Part shown: positions 9,820-19,996 of the stretch, one piece after another
How the letters are laid out: the number at the start of each line of letters is the position of its first letter
Position numbering within the stretch: position 1 is the stretch's first letter
DNA from: an uncultured delta proteobacterium
GTDB lineage: Bacteria > Desulfobacterota > Binatia > Binatales > Binataceae
NCBI GenBank assembly: GCA_963711565.1
Contig: CAVQEQ010000001.1
Coordinates: 224,001-288,000, forward strand
DNA: 64,000 bases
Direction: 5' to 3'
Position numbers and translations under genes: made by a program
Notes under the pieces: model-generated
Database searches by the model: none
What the model saw: only the letters and a program-made list of their open reading frames with translations
Told to the model about the DNA's origin: nothing

Positions 9820-10891
9820 CCGGCATCTCCGCGACCGGCGGCACCGCGGCGGCGTCGTCACCAGATGCACCGAAGATCTGCTCGCGCAGGCCGGTCCACG
9901 CAGGAGTGTCGAAGGCGAGGATGATCAAAATCACGAGACCCTGGATCACCTGCACCAGCTCGGGCGAGATTCCCTGCGTGCGCTGCATCGCCTGCGAGCC
10001 GTTGTCGAGTGCGCCGAAGAGAAGAGCGGCGGGAACGATCGCGAGCGGATTCAGGCGCGCCACCAATGCGACTGCGATCGCCTCGAAGCCCCATCCGGGC
10101 GAGAGCTTCTCGTACAGGCGATGCGAAATCGCGGAGACCTGGACGGCGCCACCCAGCCCGGCGAGTGCTCCCGACAGCGCCATCACCCAAACCGTGAGCG
10201 CCGGGATGCGCACGCCGAAGAACGTCGCGGCGCGGCGGTTGCGGCCCATCGCGCGCAGCTCGAAACCGGCGCTGGTGTTGAACAACAGCATGTAGCATGC
10301 GGCGGCGAGGACGACGGCGAGAATCATGCCGAGGTTGAGGCGACTCGGCGCAAAGTAAAATTCGAGTTCCGCCGCCAATGCGATCGGCGAGCTGGTGGGA
10401 TACGCGCCCGACGGTTCCATCAGCGGGCCGTGCACCATCCAACTGAGCATCTGCACGGCGACGAAGTTGAGCATGATCGTGCTGATGACTTCGTTGACGT
10501 CACGTCGAGCGCGGAGCCATCCCGCGACACCGCCCCAGGCTGCGCCGCCAAGCGCACCGGCGGCGAGGATGATCGCGATTGCGATCGAATGCGGAAAATC
10601 CTCGAGATGCGTCCCGATCGCGCCGGCTGCGATTGCGCCGATCGTCAGCTGGCCGTCGGCGCCGATATTCCATAGCGCGCCCGAGAATGCGATCGAGACC
10701 GCCAGTCCGGTGAAAATCAGCGGCGTGGATTTCACGAGCGTATCCACGCACGCGTACCAGCTTCCGAATGCGCCTTCGCCGAGCGCGGCGAACACGCCGA
10801 TTGGAGACGCGCCGAGAGCGGCGAGGACTATCGAGATAAGCGCGGCGGCGAGAGCCAGCGCCGCGAACGGCTTTGCAATCGAGGACAGCAT
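9812..10891 (-). CDS. ABC transporter permease (CUT2/nucleoside type)
   Basis: PLIFTGLAV, WNIGADGQ, NEVISTIMLN, GFEAIAVAL. Confidence 0.9.
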   Translation of the reverse strand: MLSSIAKPFAALALAAALISIVLAALGASPIGVFAALGEGAFGSWYACVDTLVKSTPLIFTGLAVSIAFSGALWNIGADGQLTIGAIAAGAIGTHLEDFPHSIAIAIILAAGALGGAAWGGVAGWLRARRDVNEVISTIMLNFVAVQMLSWMVHGPLMEPSGAYPTSSPIALAAELEFYFAPSRLNLGMILAVVLAAACYMLLFNTSAGFELRAMGRNRRAATFFGVRIPALTVWVMALSGALAGLGGAVQVSAISHRLYEKLSPGWGFEAIAVALVARLNPLAIVPAALLFGALDNGSQAMQRTQGISPELVQVIQGLVILIILAFDTPAWTGLREQIFGASGDDAAAVPPVAEMPDA

Positions 10892-12348
10892 CAGTCGCGC
10901 GCCCCGGCCATCAGCAGGCCCAGGCGCTCGGGATCGCGCTCGCCGGGGCTGGTCTCGCGAATCTTGCCGCTGCTGATAATCAGCAGGCGTCCGCAGATCG
11001 CGAGCAACTCGTCGAGGTCGCTGGATATCAGCAGCACCGCGCCGCCGGACGCGGCGAAGTCGAGAATCGTGCGATGCACTTCGGCGGTCGCACCGAGGTC
11101 GAGGCCGCGGCAGATATTGTGCGCGACGATTACTTGCGGGCGCGACGCGATCGCGCGCGCCACTTCCAGCCGCTGGCGATTGCCGCCGGAAAGCGCGCCG
11201 GCAATAGTGTCGGGACCCGGCGCGCGAATCCTGAAACGCTCGATAAGGTTGCGGGAGAGATCGATCGCGCGCGCGGTGTTCAGCCATCCGCTCGACGTGA
11301 CCTGCTCCCGGAGCGGACGCGCGAGGATCAGATTTTCCCACAGCCGCATGTCGAGGATGAGTCCGTCGAGATCGCGATTCTGCGGTATCACCGCCATCGC
11401 ACCGCTCGACGCTATCTGTCCGCCGCTCGGCTTGCGTACTCCCGCGAGCAACTCGACCAGTTCGGTCTGGCCGTTGCCGTCAACGCCGGCAATTCCCGCA
11501 ACTTCGCCGGCGGCGACGCAAAACGAAAGTTGATCGAGAATCTTGCGGCCGGTGCGATCGTCAAGCGTCAGATTTTCGATCTGAAGCACTGGCGCACCCG
11601 GATTCGCAGTCGCCGGACGAGCGGGCTGAGTCACAAGCTCGCCAATCATCAGGCCCGCCAGTTTTTCCTCGGTGGTCTCGGCTGGAGTCGTGCGCGCGAC
11701 TACGCGGCCGCGGCGGAGCACGGTGATTCGATCGGCGACTGCGATCGCCTCGGCCAGCTTGTGAGTGATCAGCACCACTATTCGGCCCTCGCCGCGCAGG
11801 TTGCGCAGCAAGTCGAGGAAGGCGGTCAGCTGCGATGGCGCGAGCACGCTGGTCGGCTCGTCCAGAATCAGCACGCGCGGGTTGAAGCTGAGAGCGCGCA
11901 GCACTTCGAGGCGGACGCGCTCGGCAACCGAACGATTCTCGACCGTAGTGCCGGCGGGCGGTAGATCGAATCCAAGATTCGCGGCGAGCGTGCGCGCGCG
12001 TGCGGCAACGTCCGCAAGATCGAGCAATTCGGTACCAGTATCGAAACCGCCGAGCGCGAGATTTTCCTCCCACGTCATCCGCTCGAACAGCATCGGGCTC
12101 TGATGCACCGCCGCGATCCCCGCCTCAAGAGCCGCGCGCGGCGAGCCCGCCTGTAGTGGGACGTCGTCGAGCATGGCTTCACCGTTGTCGGGCGCGAGCG
12201 AGCCGGCCAGCACGTTCATCAGCGTCGTCTTGCCGGCGCCGTTTTCACCGACCAAGGCGTGAATCTCGCCGGGACGCGCCTCGAAATCGACGCGGTCGAG
12301 CGCGAGCGTGCGGCCGAAGCGCTTGGTTATGGCGATTGCGCGAAGCAA
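10891..12348 (-). CDS. ABC transporter ATP-binding protein with two ABC domains
   Basis: GENGAGKTT, LILDEPT, GIAGVDGNGQ, LSGGNRQ. Confidence 0.92.
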   Translation of the reverse strand: MLRAIAITKRFGRTLALDRVDFEARPGEIHALVGENGAGKTTLMNVLAGSLAPDNGEAMLDDVPLQAGSPRAALEAGIAAVHQSPMLFERMTWEENLALGGFDTGTELLDLADVAARARTLAANLGFDLPPAGTTVENRSVAERVRLEVLRALSFNPRVLILDEPTSVLAPSQLTAFLDLLRNLRGEGRIVVLITHKLAEAIAVADRITVLRRGRVVARTTPAETTEEKLAGLMIGELVTQPARPATANPGAPVLQIENLTLDDRTGRKILDQLSFCVAAGEVAGIAGVDGNGQTELVELLAGVRKPSGGQIASSGAMAVIPQNRDLDGLILDMRLWENLILARPLREQVTSSGWLNTARAIDLSRNLIERFRIRAPGPDTIAGALSGGNRQRLEVARAIASRPQVIVAHNICRGLDLGATAEVHRTILDFAASGGAVLLISSDLDELLAICGRLLIISSGKIRETSPGERDPERLGLLMAGARD

Positions 12349-13671
12349 CTACGCGGCGTTCACGCCGTAATGCGCGCGGACGTATTCGAGCGCGGCTTCG
12401 CGGGTTTCGAGCGCGCCGTCGAGCTGATGATCCTCAACGTCCTTCAAAATTTCCTTGAAGCGCGGGCCTGGCGTGAATCCCAACTGCTTGAGGTCCTCGC
12501 CGCCGATCAAACGCGGCGGACGAATCTCGGCCGGCGTCATCGTCGCCATCGCGTGGCGGCAAAAGTGCCAGTAGCCGAGATACGAGCTCGACGCCATCGC
12601 GTCCATGAACGCGACGTCCATCAATTCGTCGAAGCCGTCCTCCGCGAGCATCCGCTTGAGCGTCGAGGGGCGCATCCGCGGCGCCATGCAGAGCTTCAAG
12701 TGATTCTTCACGAGGTACGCGACGCGCTCCTGCACGAAGCGCGAGCGCTTCAGCCGCGCGAGCATGTTGGCCGCCATCACCGCGCCGTCGTCGGTGTGCC
12801 CGTAGAACGTGACCTTGTCGCCGACGACCGCACGACATTTCGGCTTGGCGATATCGTGCAGCAGGATTCCGAACGCGACGGTCTCGCTGCACCCAGCGGG
12901 CAGCATCGCGACGCCAATCCGCGTATGCGTATAAACGTCGCCCTCGGGATGGAAATTTTCGGGCTGCGCGCATCCGCGCATGCGGACGACCTCGGGCAGC
13001 AGGATTTGCATCAAGCCGCTGTCCATCATCAGATCTATCGCGCGCGCGGGCGCACCCTCAGTCATCATCATGACGATTTCTTCGCCGATTCGCTCGGCTG
13101 CGACATCGACAATCGTCGGCGCCGCACGCTTCATCGCAGCCCAGGTCGCGGGATCGATCGTGAAGTTGAGCCTCGCGGCGAAGCGGGCGGCGCGCAAGAT
13201 GCGCAGATGGTCCTCCTCGAAGCGGTCGTGGGGATTTCCGATGGCGCGGATGATTCCGGCGCGTAGATCGCGCATCCCGCCGACCAGATCGATCAGGCGA
13301 TCGGCGATCGGATCGTAAAACATCCCGCCGATGGTGAAGTCGCGGCGAAGAGCGTCTTCCTCGATCGCGCCGAAGCGCACCGACGACGGGCGGCGTCCGT
13401 CGGTATATTCCGCATCGGCGCGAAACGTCGCGACCTCAAACAGGTGATCGTCGATCAGCACGCCGATTACGCCGAACTTCGCGCCGACCGCGACGGTGCG
13501 GTCGAACATTTTCTGCACGACTTCGGGACGCGCGTCGGTCGCGATGTCGTAATCCTTGGGCTCAACACCGAGGATTCGATCGCGCACACATCCGCCGGCG
13601 AAAACGGCACGAAAGCCGGAATCGACAAGACGGCGGACGATATACAGCGCCTTTTGCTCTTTGTCGCTCAT
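12349..13671 (-). CDS. cca: CCA-adding tRNA nucleotidyltransferase / poly(A) polymerase family with HD domain
   Basis: GGCVRD, KDYDIATD, RRDFT, EDHLRILRAARF, HPEGDV, LLHDIAK. Confidence 0.9.
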   Translation of the reverse strand: MSDKEQKALYIVRRLVDSGFRAVFAGGCVRDRILGVEPKDYDIATDARPEVVQKMFDRTVAVGAKFGVIGVLIDDHLFEVATFRADAEYTDGRRPSSVRFGAIEEDALRRDFTIGGMFYDPIADRLIDLVGGMRDLRAGIIRAIGNPHDRFEEDHLRILRAARFAARLNFTIDPATWAAMKRAAPTIVDVAAERIGEEIVMMMTEGAPARAIDLMMDSGLMQILLPEVVRMRGCAQPENFHPEGDVYTHTRIGVAMLPAGCSETVAFGILLHDIAKPKCRAVVGDKVTFYGHTDDGAVMAANMLARLKRSRFVQERVAYLVKNHLKLCMAPRMRPSTLKRMLAEDGFDELMDVAFMDAMASSSYLGYWHFCRHAMATMTPAEIRPPRLIGGEDLKQLGFTPGPRFKEILKDVEDHQLDGALETREAALEYVRAHYGVNAA

Positions 13672-13706
13672 GATCGATGCGACTCTCCAATCGTGGATGA
13701 TTGTAT

Positions 13707-13761
13707 GTGAAACCCGCGGTGGGTTTCACGCTTCCTTCGGCAGGGGTGACCCCTGCACCCA
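13707..13761 (-). repeat. Double-hairpin intergenic repeat, family A (copy 1)
   Basis: Reverse complement of TGGGTGCAGGGGTCACCCCTGCCGAAGGAAGCGTGAAACCCACCGCGGGTTTCAC, matching 33277..33331. Confidence 0.92.
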
Positions 13762-13779
13762 CTAGAAGAGGTCAGGAGG

Positions 13780-14853
13780 TTACGCGGCTTCTTTTCTGCT
13801 GCCTGAGTATTCCTTTCTATAGACGCGCAGCAGGGCCGCGAACACCGACATGATTGCGGGGCCGAGGAACAGGCCGAGCGGGCCGTAGGCTTCGAGGCCA
13901 CCGAGGATTCCCAGGAACAGCGCGATCGTCGGCAGACCGGTGCCGTGCTTCATCGCGAGCGGCTTGATGAAGTTGTCGATGACAGCGAGCGCGATCGAAC
14001 TCCAGATGACCAGGCCGACCGCCGCCGACCAGCTCGAGGCAAAGCCGAGGTAGATCGTCGCGGGAATCCATACCAGCGCGGTGCCGCCGATTGGCATCAG
14101 GCCCGCGGCCGCCGACGCGATCGCGAGGAACAGCCAGTACGGCACGCCGAAGATCAGCATGCCCAAGCCGATCGTCACACCCTGCAACACGGCGGTCAGC
14201 ATCAGGCCGCGCATCACGGACGACAGCGTCGTGCGCAACGTGTCGAAGATCGCCGCCTTGTCGTCGTCATGCAGCGGGGTCAGGTCCTGCAAGCTGCGGT
14301 AGTAGAAATCACCGTCGCGCAGCATGTAGAAGAACGCGAGCAGCGCGATACCGAAATCGACGATGAAGCCAAAGATGTTCTTCGCGACTTGGGTCGCGTT
14401 CTTGGCGACGTAGTCGCTGGTTATCTGCGCGGCTTGCAGCGTGATCTTGGGCAGCTGCTCGCTGAGCTTGTAACCGCGCTCCCCCATCCGCTTGGCGACC
14501 CACGCGCCGAGGTCGGTGTTTACCGCCCAGTCCTGGAGCTTCGTCATTCCGCCATTGTTCACGGACGCCGAGGCTTGCGTGTAAAGCGTCTGAGCCTCGA
14601 CGACGAGGCGGCCCGATGCCCAGACGGCGGGCAGGATGACGACGAGGCTGACGACGACGCTGATGATCGCGGTCGAGAGCGAGCGGCGCTTGACGTATTT
14701 CTCGACTTCGATCAGCGCCGGATGCGCCATGAAGGCGAGCAGGATTCCCCATGCCAATGGCGTCAGGAATGGCAGCATCAGCTCGTACAGCTCGTAGGCC
14801 ATCACGGCCAGGAAGCCGAAGAAGAAGAGCTGCACGATGCGCTCGCGATCCAT
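13780..14853 (-). CDS. AI-2E family transporter
   Basis: Multi-TM; FFYMLRDG, PIGGTALVWIP, IDNFIKP, GPLGLFLGP. Confidence 0.9.
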   Translation of the reverse strand: MDRERIVQLFFFGFLAVMAYELYELMLPFLTPLAWGILLAFMAHPALIEVEKYVKRRSLSTAIISVVVSLVVILPAVWASGRLVVEAQTLYTQASASVNNGGMTKLQDWAVNTDLGAWVAKRMGERGYKLSEQLPKITLQAAQITSDYVAKNATQVAKNIFGFIVDFGIALLAFFYMLRDGDFYYRSLQDLTPLHDDDKAAIFDTLRTTLSSVMRGLMLTAVLQGVTIGLGMLIFGVPYWLFLAIASAAAGLMPIGGTALVWIPATIYLGFASSWSAAVGLVIWSSIALAVIDNFIKPLAMKHGTGLPTIALFLGILGGLEAYGPLGLFLGPAIMSVFAALLRVYRKEYSGSRKEAA

Positions 14854-15041
14854 TTTCTGAGGCGTGACGATGCTCCTTGCGCGCGCGATACTCGGCGCGA
14901 AATCCTAGCAGATGGTCTCGCTACGGTCGCCTGCCGAACGGCGGCGAATCGTGCCGCACGACGCTTCGGTTGCCCGCGAGCGCGTAATCCGTTACCGTTG
15001 GCGTTTGCTTGATGTATCTAATCAATACCCCTCGCCCGTGA

Positions 15042-15116
15042 AGGCACGTAGCTCAGTGGGAGAGCGCTTCCTTGACACGGAAGAGGTCGGCGGTTCAATC
15101 CCGCCCGTGCCTACCA
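15042..15116 (+). tRNA. tRNA-Val(GAC)
   Basis: AGGCACG/CGTGCCT acceptor stem, CTTCC-TTGACAC-GGAAG anticodon arm, GGTTCAATCC, encoded CCA. Confidence 0.97.
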
Positions 15117-15184
15117 GGTCCGTGCCCACAGCCGCGCGCGCGATTTTCACTCCGCCAGTTCCCCGCAATGATTAGAATCTTCGC

Positions 15185-17125
15185 TTGATGAGTTCCGACG
15201 TAACCGTAAAATTGGGCGGCGAGTCTCGCGTCGTGCCGGTTGGCACTATCATTCGCGACCTGCTGAAAGACATCCCGAGCAAGGACCTCGTCGCGGCGCG
15301 TGTCGACGGCAAGGTCGTCGATCTCACGCGCAAGCTCGATCACGATGCCAAGGTCGAGCCAGTGCTGGCCGAGTCGCCCGAGGGTCTCGAGGTGATTCGT
15401 CACTCGACCGCGCATCTGATGGCGATGGCGGTACAATCGCTCTATCCCGGCACTCAGGTCACGATCGGACCGGTAATCGAGGACGGTTTTTTCTACGACT
15501 TCGCGCCGCCGACGCCGTTTACGGTCGAGGATCTGCCGAAAATCGAAGCGAAGATGCGCGAGTTGGCGAAAGCCGACCACAAGATCACGCGCACCGAAGT
15601 CCCACGCGCAGAGGCCGTCGCGAAATTCTCTGCGATTGGCGAGAAGTACAAGGTCGAGATAATCAACGAGGCCGAGGACCCGATTTCCATTTACAGCCAG
15701 GGCGACTGGATGGATCTTTGCCGCGGACCGCACGTGCCCTCGACGCGGTACTTGAAGGCATTCAAGCTGACCAGCGTCGCGGGTGCGTACTGGCGCGGCG
15801 ACGAGCACAACGCGATGCTCTCGAGAATCTACGGCACCGCGTTCGCCAGCAAGGAAGCGCTCGAGGAGCATCTGAAGCTGGTTGAGCTCGCAAAACAGCG
15901 CGACCATCGCAAGCTCGGGCGCGAGATGGGCCTCTACATTTTCGATCCGATTTCGCCGGGCTCGCCGTTTTACCTGCCGAAGGGCGTCATCATTTTCAAT
16001 GCGCTTGTCGATTACATGCGGCGGCTGTACCGGCGCTACGGCTACGACGAAGTGGTCACGCCGCTGATTTTCAAGAATGAGTTGTTCAATACGTCGGGTC
16101 ATTGGGAAAATTTCCGCGAGAACATGTTTGTCTCACCGGATCCCGACAGCGACACGCATACGATAGATACCGGCCCCGACGGATGGCATCACGGATACAG
16201 CCTCAAGCCGATGAATTGCCCGGGGCATGACATCGTGTACCGATCGGAAAAGCGATCGTATCGCGACTTGCCGCTGCGGTTCGCGGAGTTCAGCCGGCTG
16301 CATCGCGCGGAACGGTCGGGCACGCTGCACGGCCTGATGCGGGTGCGAGCGATGTCGCAGGACGACGCGCACATCTTCTGTCGCGAAGATCAGATCGTAG
16401 ATGAAGTGAAAATGAATCTCGGGATGGTGCGCGACGTTTACGGTGCGCTGGGCTTCGAGCACGTCGAGTTCAAGCTCGCGACCATGCCCGATCAGCATCT
16501 AGGCACCGAAGAGCAGTGGCAAATGTCCGAGGGCAAGCTTGCCAACGCGATGAAGTGGAGCGAAATCCCGTTCGAGATCAATCCGAAGGAAGGCGCGTTC
16601 TACGGCCCCAAAATCGAAATCTACGTGTCGGACGCGCTCAAGCGGAAGTGGCAGGTCGCGACGATTCAGCTCGATTACAACATGCCCGAGCGCTTCGACC
16701 TGACATATACGAACAGCGCGGGCGCCGAGGAACGCCCCGTGATGATTCATCGTGCGGTCCTCGGTTCGCTCAAGCGTTTCATCGGCGTACTGATCGAGCA
16801 TACCGGCGGCGTGCTGCCGCTGTGGCTTGCACCGGAGCAGGTGCGAGTGCTCTCGCTCAGTGAGAAGGTCGAGGACTACGCCAGGGAGATCGCCCAACTG
16901 CTCAAGCGCGAAGGCTTCCGCGCCCACGCCGATATCCGCAATGAGAAGCTCGGATTCAAAGTTCGTGAAGCCGAATTGGCCAAAGTGCCGTATATGGTTG
17001 TAGTCGGCGAGCGCGAGGCGGCTGATCGATCGGTGTCGCTGCGCCTGCTGCGCGGCGAGAAGAGCAACGCGATGCCGCTGGCGGCGCTCGTCGAAAAATT
17101 AAAACAGGAGCCGGTGCCGGCTTAG
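15185..17125 (+). CDS. thrS: Threonine--tRNA ligase
   Basis: RHSTAHLM, DLCRGPHV, RDHRKLG, KPMNCPGH, AFYGPK, IHRA. Confidence 0.97.
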   Translation: MMSSDVTVKLGGESRVVPVGTIIRDLLKDIPSKDLVAARVDGKVVDLTRKLDHDAKVEPVLAESPEGLEVIRHSTAHLMAMAVQSLYPGTQVTIGPVIEDGFFYDFAPPTPFTVEDLPKIEAKMRELAKADHKITRTEVPRAEAVAKFSAIGEKYKVEIINEAEDPISIYSQGDWMDLCRGPHVPSTRYLKAFKLTSVAGAYWRGDEHNAMLSRIYGTAFASKEALEEHLKLVELAKQRDHRKLGREMGLYIFDPISPGSPFYLPKGVIIFNALVDYMRRLYRRYGYDEVVTPLIFKNELFNTSGHWENFRENMFVSPDPDSDTHTIDTGPDGWHHGYSLKPMNCPGHDIVYRSEKRSYRDLPLRFAEFSRLHRAERSGTLHGLMRVRAMSQDDAHIFCREDQIVDEVKMNLGMVRDVYGALGFEHVEFKLATMPDQHLGTEEQWQMSEGKLANAMKWSEIPFEINPKEGAFYGPKIEIYVSDALKRKWQVATIQLDYNMPERFDLTYTNSAGAEERPVMIHRAVLGSLKRFIGVLIEHTGGVLPLWLAPEQVRVLSLSEKVEDYAREIAQLLKREGFRAHADIRNEKLGFKVREAELAKVPYMVVVGEREAADRSVSLRLLRGEKSNAMPLAALVEKLKQEPVPA

Positions 17126-17162
17126 GAAATTCATCCGGCCATCAAGCCGGAGGAGGTGCTTT

Positions 17163-17696
17163 ATCCGAAGAGATTTCAGAACCCCACCCTCGAGGGAGCC
17201 CGCGATTCGCGTCAATAACCTGATTCGCGCGCAAGAAGTCCGTGTAATCGATGCCGACGGCAGCCAGGTCGGAATCCTGCCGCTGCGCGATGCGATCAAA
17301 GTCGCGGAGGCGCGCGGCCTGGACCTGGTCGAAGTCTCGTCAACCGCGACGCCGCCCGTGTGCCGCGTCACGGACTTCGACAAATACCGCTATTCGCAGA
17401 AGAAGAAATCGCACGACTCCAAGAAGCACACCATCAGCATGATCAAGGAAGTGAAGATGGGATCGGCGACCGGGCAGCACGACGTGGACTTCAAAACCGC
17501 GCACATCAAGCGCTTTGTTGGAGAGGGGCACCGTGTTAAGCTCACCGTTTCGTTCCGGGGCCGCGCGATTACTCATCCGGAACTCGGACGGGCATTGATC
17601 GAGAGAATTATCGCGACGGTCACGGATATCGCGCAAGCGGAAGGCACGCCCCGGATGGAAGGACGCAACATGTCCGTGCTGCTGACGCCGCGTTAA
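17163..17696 (+). CDS. infC: Translation initiation factor IF-3, non-canonical ATC start
   Basis: AGGAGG at 17151-17156, in-frame ATC 17163; RVNNLIRAQEVRVID, LDLVEV, PPVCR. Confidence 0.92.
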   Translation: MRRDFRTPPSREPAIRVNNLIRAQEVRVIDADGSQVGILPLRDAIKVAEARGLDLVEVSSTATPPVCRVTDFDKYRYSQKKKSHDSKKHTISMIKEVKMGSATGQHDVDFKTAHIKRFVGEGHRVKLTVSFRGRAITHPELGRALIERIIATVTDIAQAEGTPRMEGRNMSVLLTPR

Positions 17697-17719
17697 AGAC
17701 ATAAATTTCAGGAAAGAAG

Positions 17720-17917
17720 ATGCCGAAAATCAGGACCAGCCGAACCGCCGCCAAGCGATTTACCGTGACCAAGAGCGGCAAGGTCAAATTCAAACACGCG
17801 TATGCGCGCCACATGTTCACGGCCAAGAATCCGAAACAGAAGGCACGGCTCCGCCGGACCGGTATCCTGGGCAAGGCGGACGCCGAGAAGATCAAGATAA
17901 TGATGCCGTACGCCTGA
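17720..17917 (+). CDS. rpmI: 50S ribosomal protein L35
   Basis: MPKIRT...AAKRFTVTKSGKVK; between infC and rplT. Confidence 0.96.
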   Translation: MPKIRTSRTAAKRFTVTKSGKVKFKHAYARHMFTAKNPKQKARLRRTGILGKADAEKIKIMMPYA

Positions 17918-17974
17918 GCGCGGCCAAGAAGAAACCAGCTTACCCGATATCAATCAAGGAAGGACTGCACTCCG

Positions 17975-18340
17975 ATGCCTCGCGCAAAAGGCGGACCCAA
18001 GACGCGCCGCCGTCATAAGCGTCAACTCAAGCTCGCCTCCGGCTTTGTCGGTGGGCGCAAACTTTACCGGCAGGCTCGCTCGACGCTCGAAAAGGGCCTG
18101 ACCTATGCCTATAGAGATCGCAAGGCCAAGAAGCGCGACTACCGCACGCTGTGGATCGCGCGTATCAACGCACTCGCGCGCGAAAGCGGAATTTCGTACA
18201 GCGCGTTGATGAACGGGCTGAAGAAGGCGGGGGTCGAGGTCGATCGCAAGATGCTGGCGAAGCTCGCGCAGGAGCGCGACGCATTGTTTACCGAGCTGGT
18301 GCGCACAGCAATTCAAGCGCTCGGCTCAAAAGCAGCATAG
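17975..18340 (+). CDS. rplT: 50S ribosomal protein L20
   Basis: YAYRDRKAKKRDYRTLWIARINA, VDRKMLA. Confidence 0.97.
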   Translation: MPRAKGGPKTRRRHKRQLKLASGFVGGRKLYRQARSTLEKGLTYAYRDRKAKKRDYRTLWIARINALARESGISYSALMNGLKKAGVEVDRKMLAKLAQERDALFTELVRTAIQALGSKAA

Positions 18341-18374
18341 AGCCGCGCGTCTCGAAAGCGCCGCGCACCAGAAG

Positions 18375-18410
18375 ACCATGTGGGTGATCGCCCACGTGGT
18401 TTTTTGTTTT
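18375..18410 (+). terminator. Intrinsic terminator after rplT
   Basis: ACCATGTGGGT-GATC-GCCCACGTGGT followed by T tract. Confidence 0.8.
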
Positions 18411-18454
18411 TGGTTTTTCAGTGCGCGTGCAACATTGCGGAAAGTAAAGTGGTG

Positions 18455-18949
18455 ATGAAGCGAGCCCCTTATCAGATCTTGGTATTGCCATTCAGAAAAC
18501 TGAAAGGCAGGGACCCGTTGTACGCTATTTTCCGCCGAGCCGATTGCGGCGTGTGGCAAGGAATCGCCGGCGGCGGCGAATTCGGTGAGTCGCCTTTGGA
18601 ATCGGCCCGCCGGGAAGCGTTCGAGGAAGGCGGGATACCACTGCACAATACTTACTTCGCGCTCGATTCGCTGTCAACGATTCCAGTGGTGAACATTTGC
18701 GGCTTCAAATGGGGACCCAACGTACTGGTCGTCCCAGAGCACAGCTTCGGCGTAGAAATGTATTCTCCGGAATTCACTCTTTCGAATGAGCACAGCGAGT
18801 ATCGATGGGTGCCGTATGCCGCTGCCTATCGTTTACTGGAATGGGATAGCAACAAGAACGCGCTTTGGGAACTCGACACCAGAATCAGGAAACGGAAACT
18901 GAGAAGCCTACGACGTTCCAGGAGGGAAGGGCCAGAGGGCTCGCCCACG
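18455..18949 (+). CDS. NUDIX hydrolase (NudB-like), no stop codon before pheS
   Basis: WQGIAGGGEFGESPLESARREAFEEGGI Nudix box, LSNEHSEYRW, WDSNKNALWEL. Confidence 0.85.

Positions 18950-19992
<1,043 letters not shown>

Positions 19993-19996
<4 letters not shown>

Noticed and set aside
18380-18454. Phe-rich N-terminus (GFLFLVF) of ORF 18380 as a pheM-like leader peptide
   Set aside because: The Phe codons are the T tract of the rplT terminator; no RBS, no separate stop.
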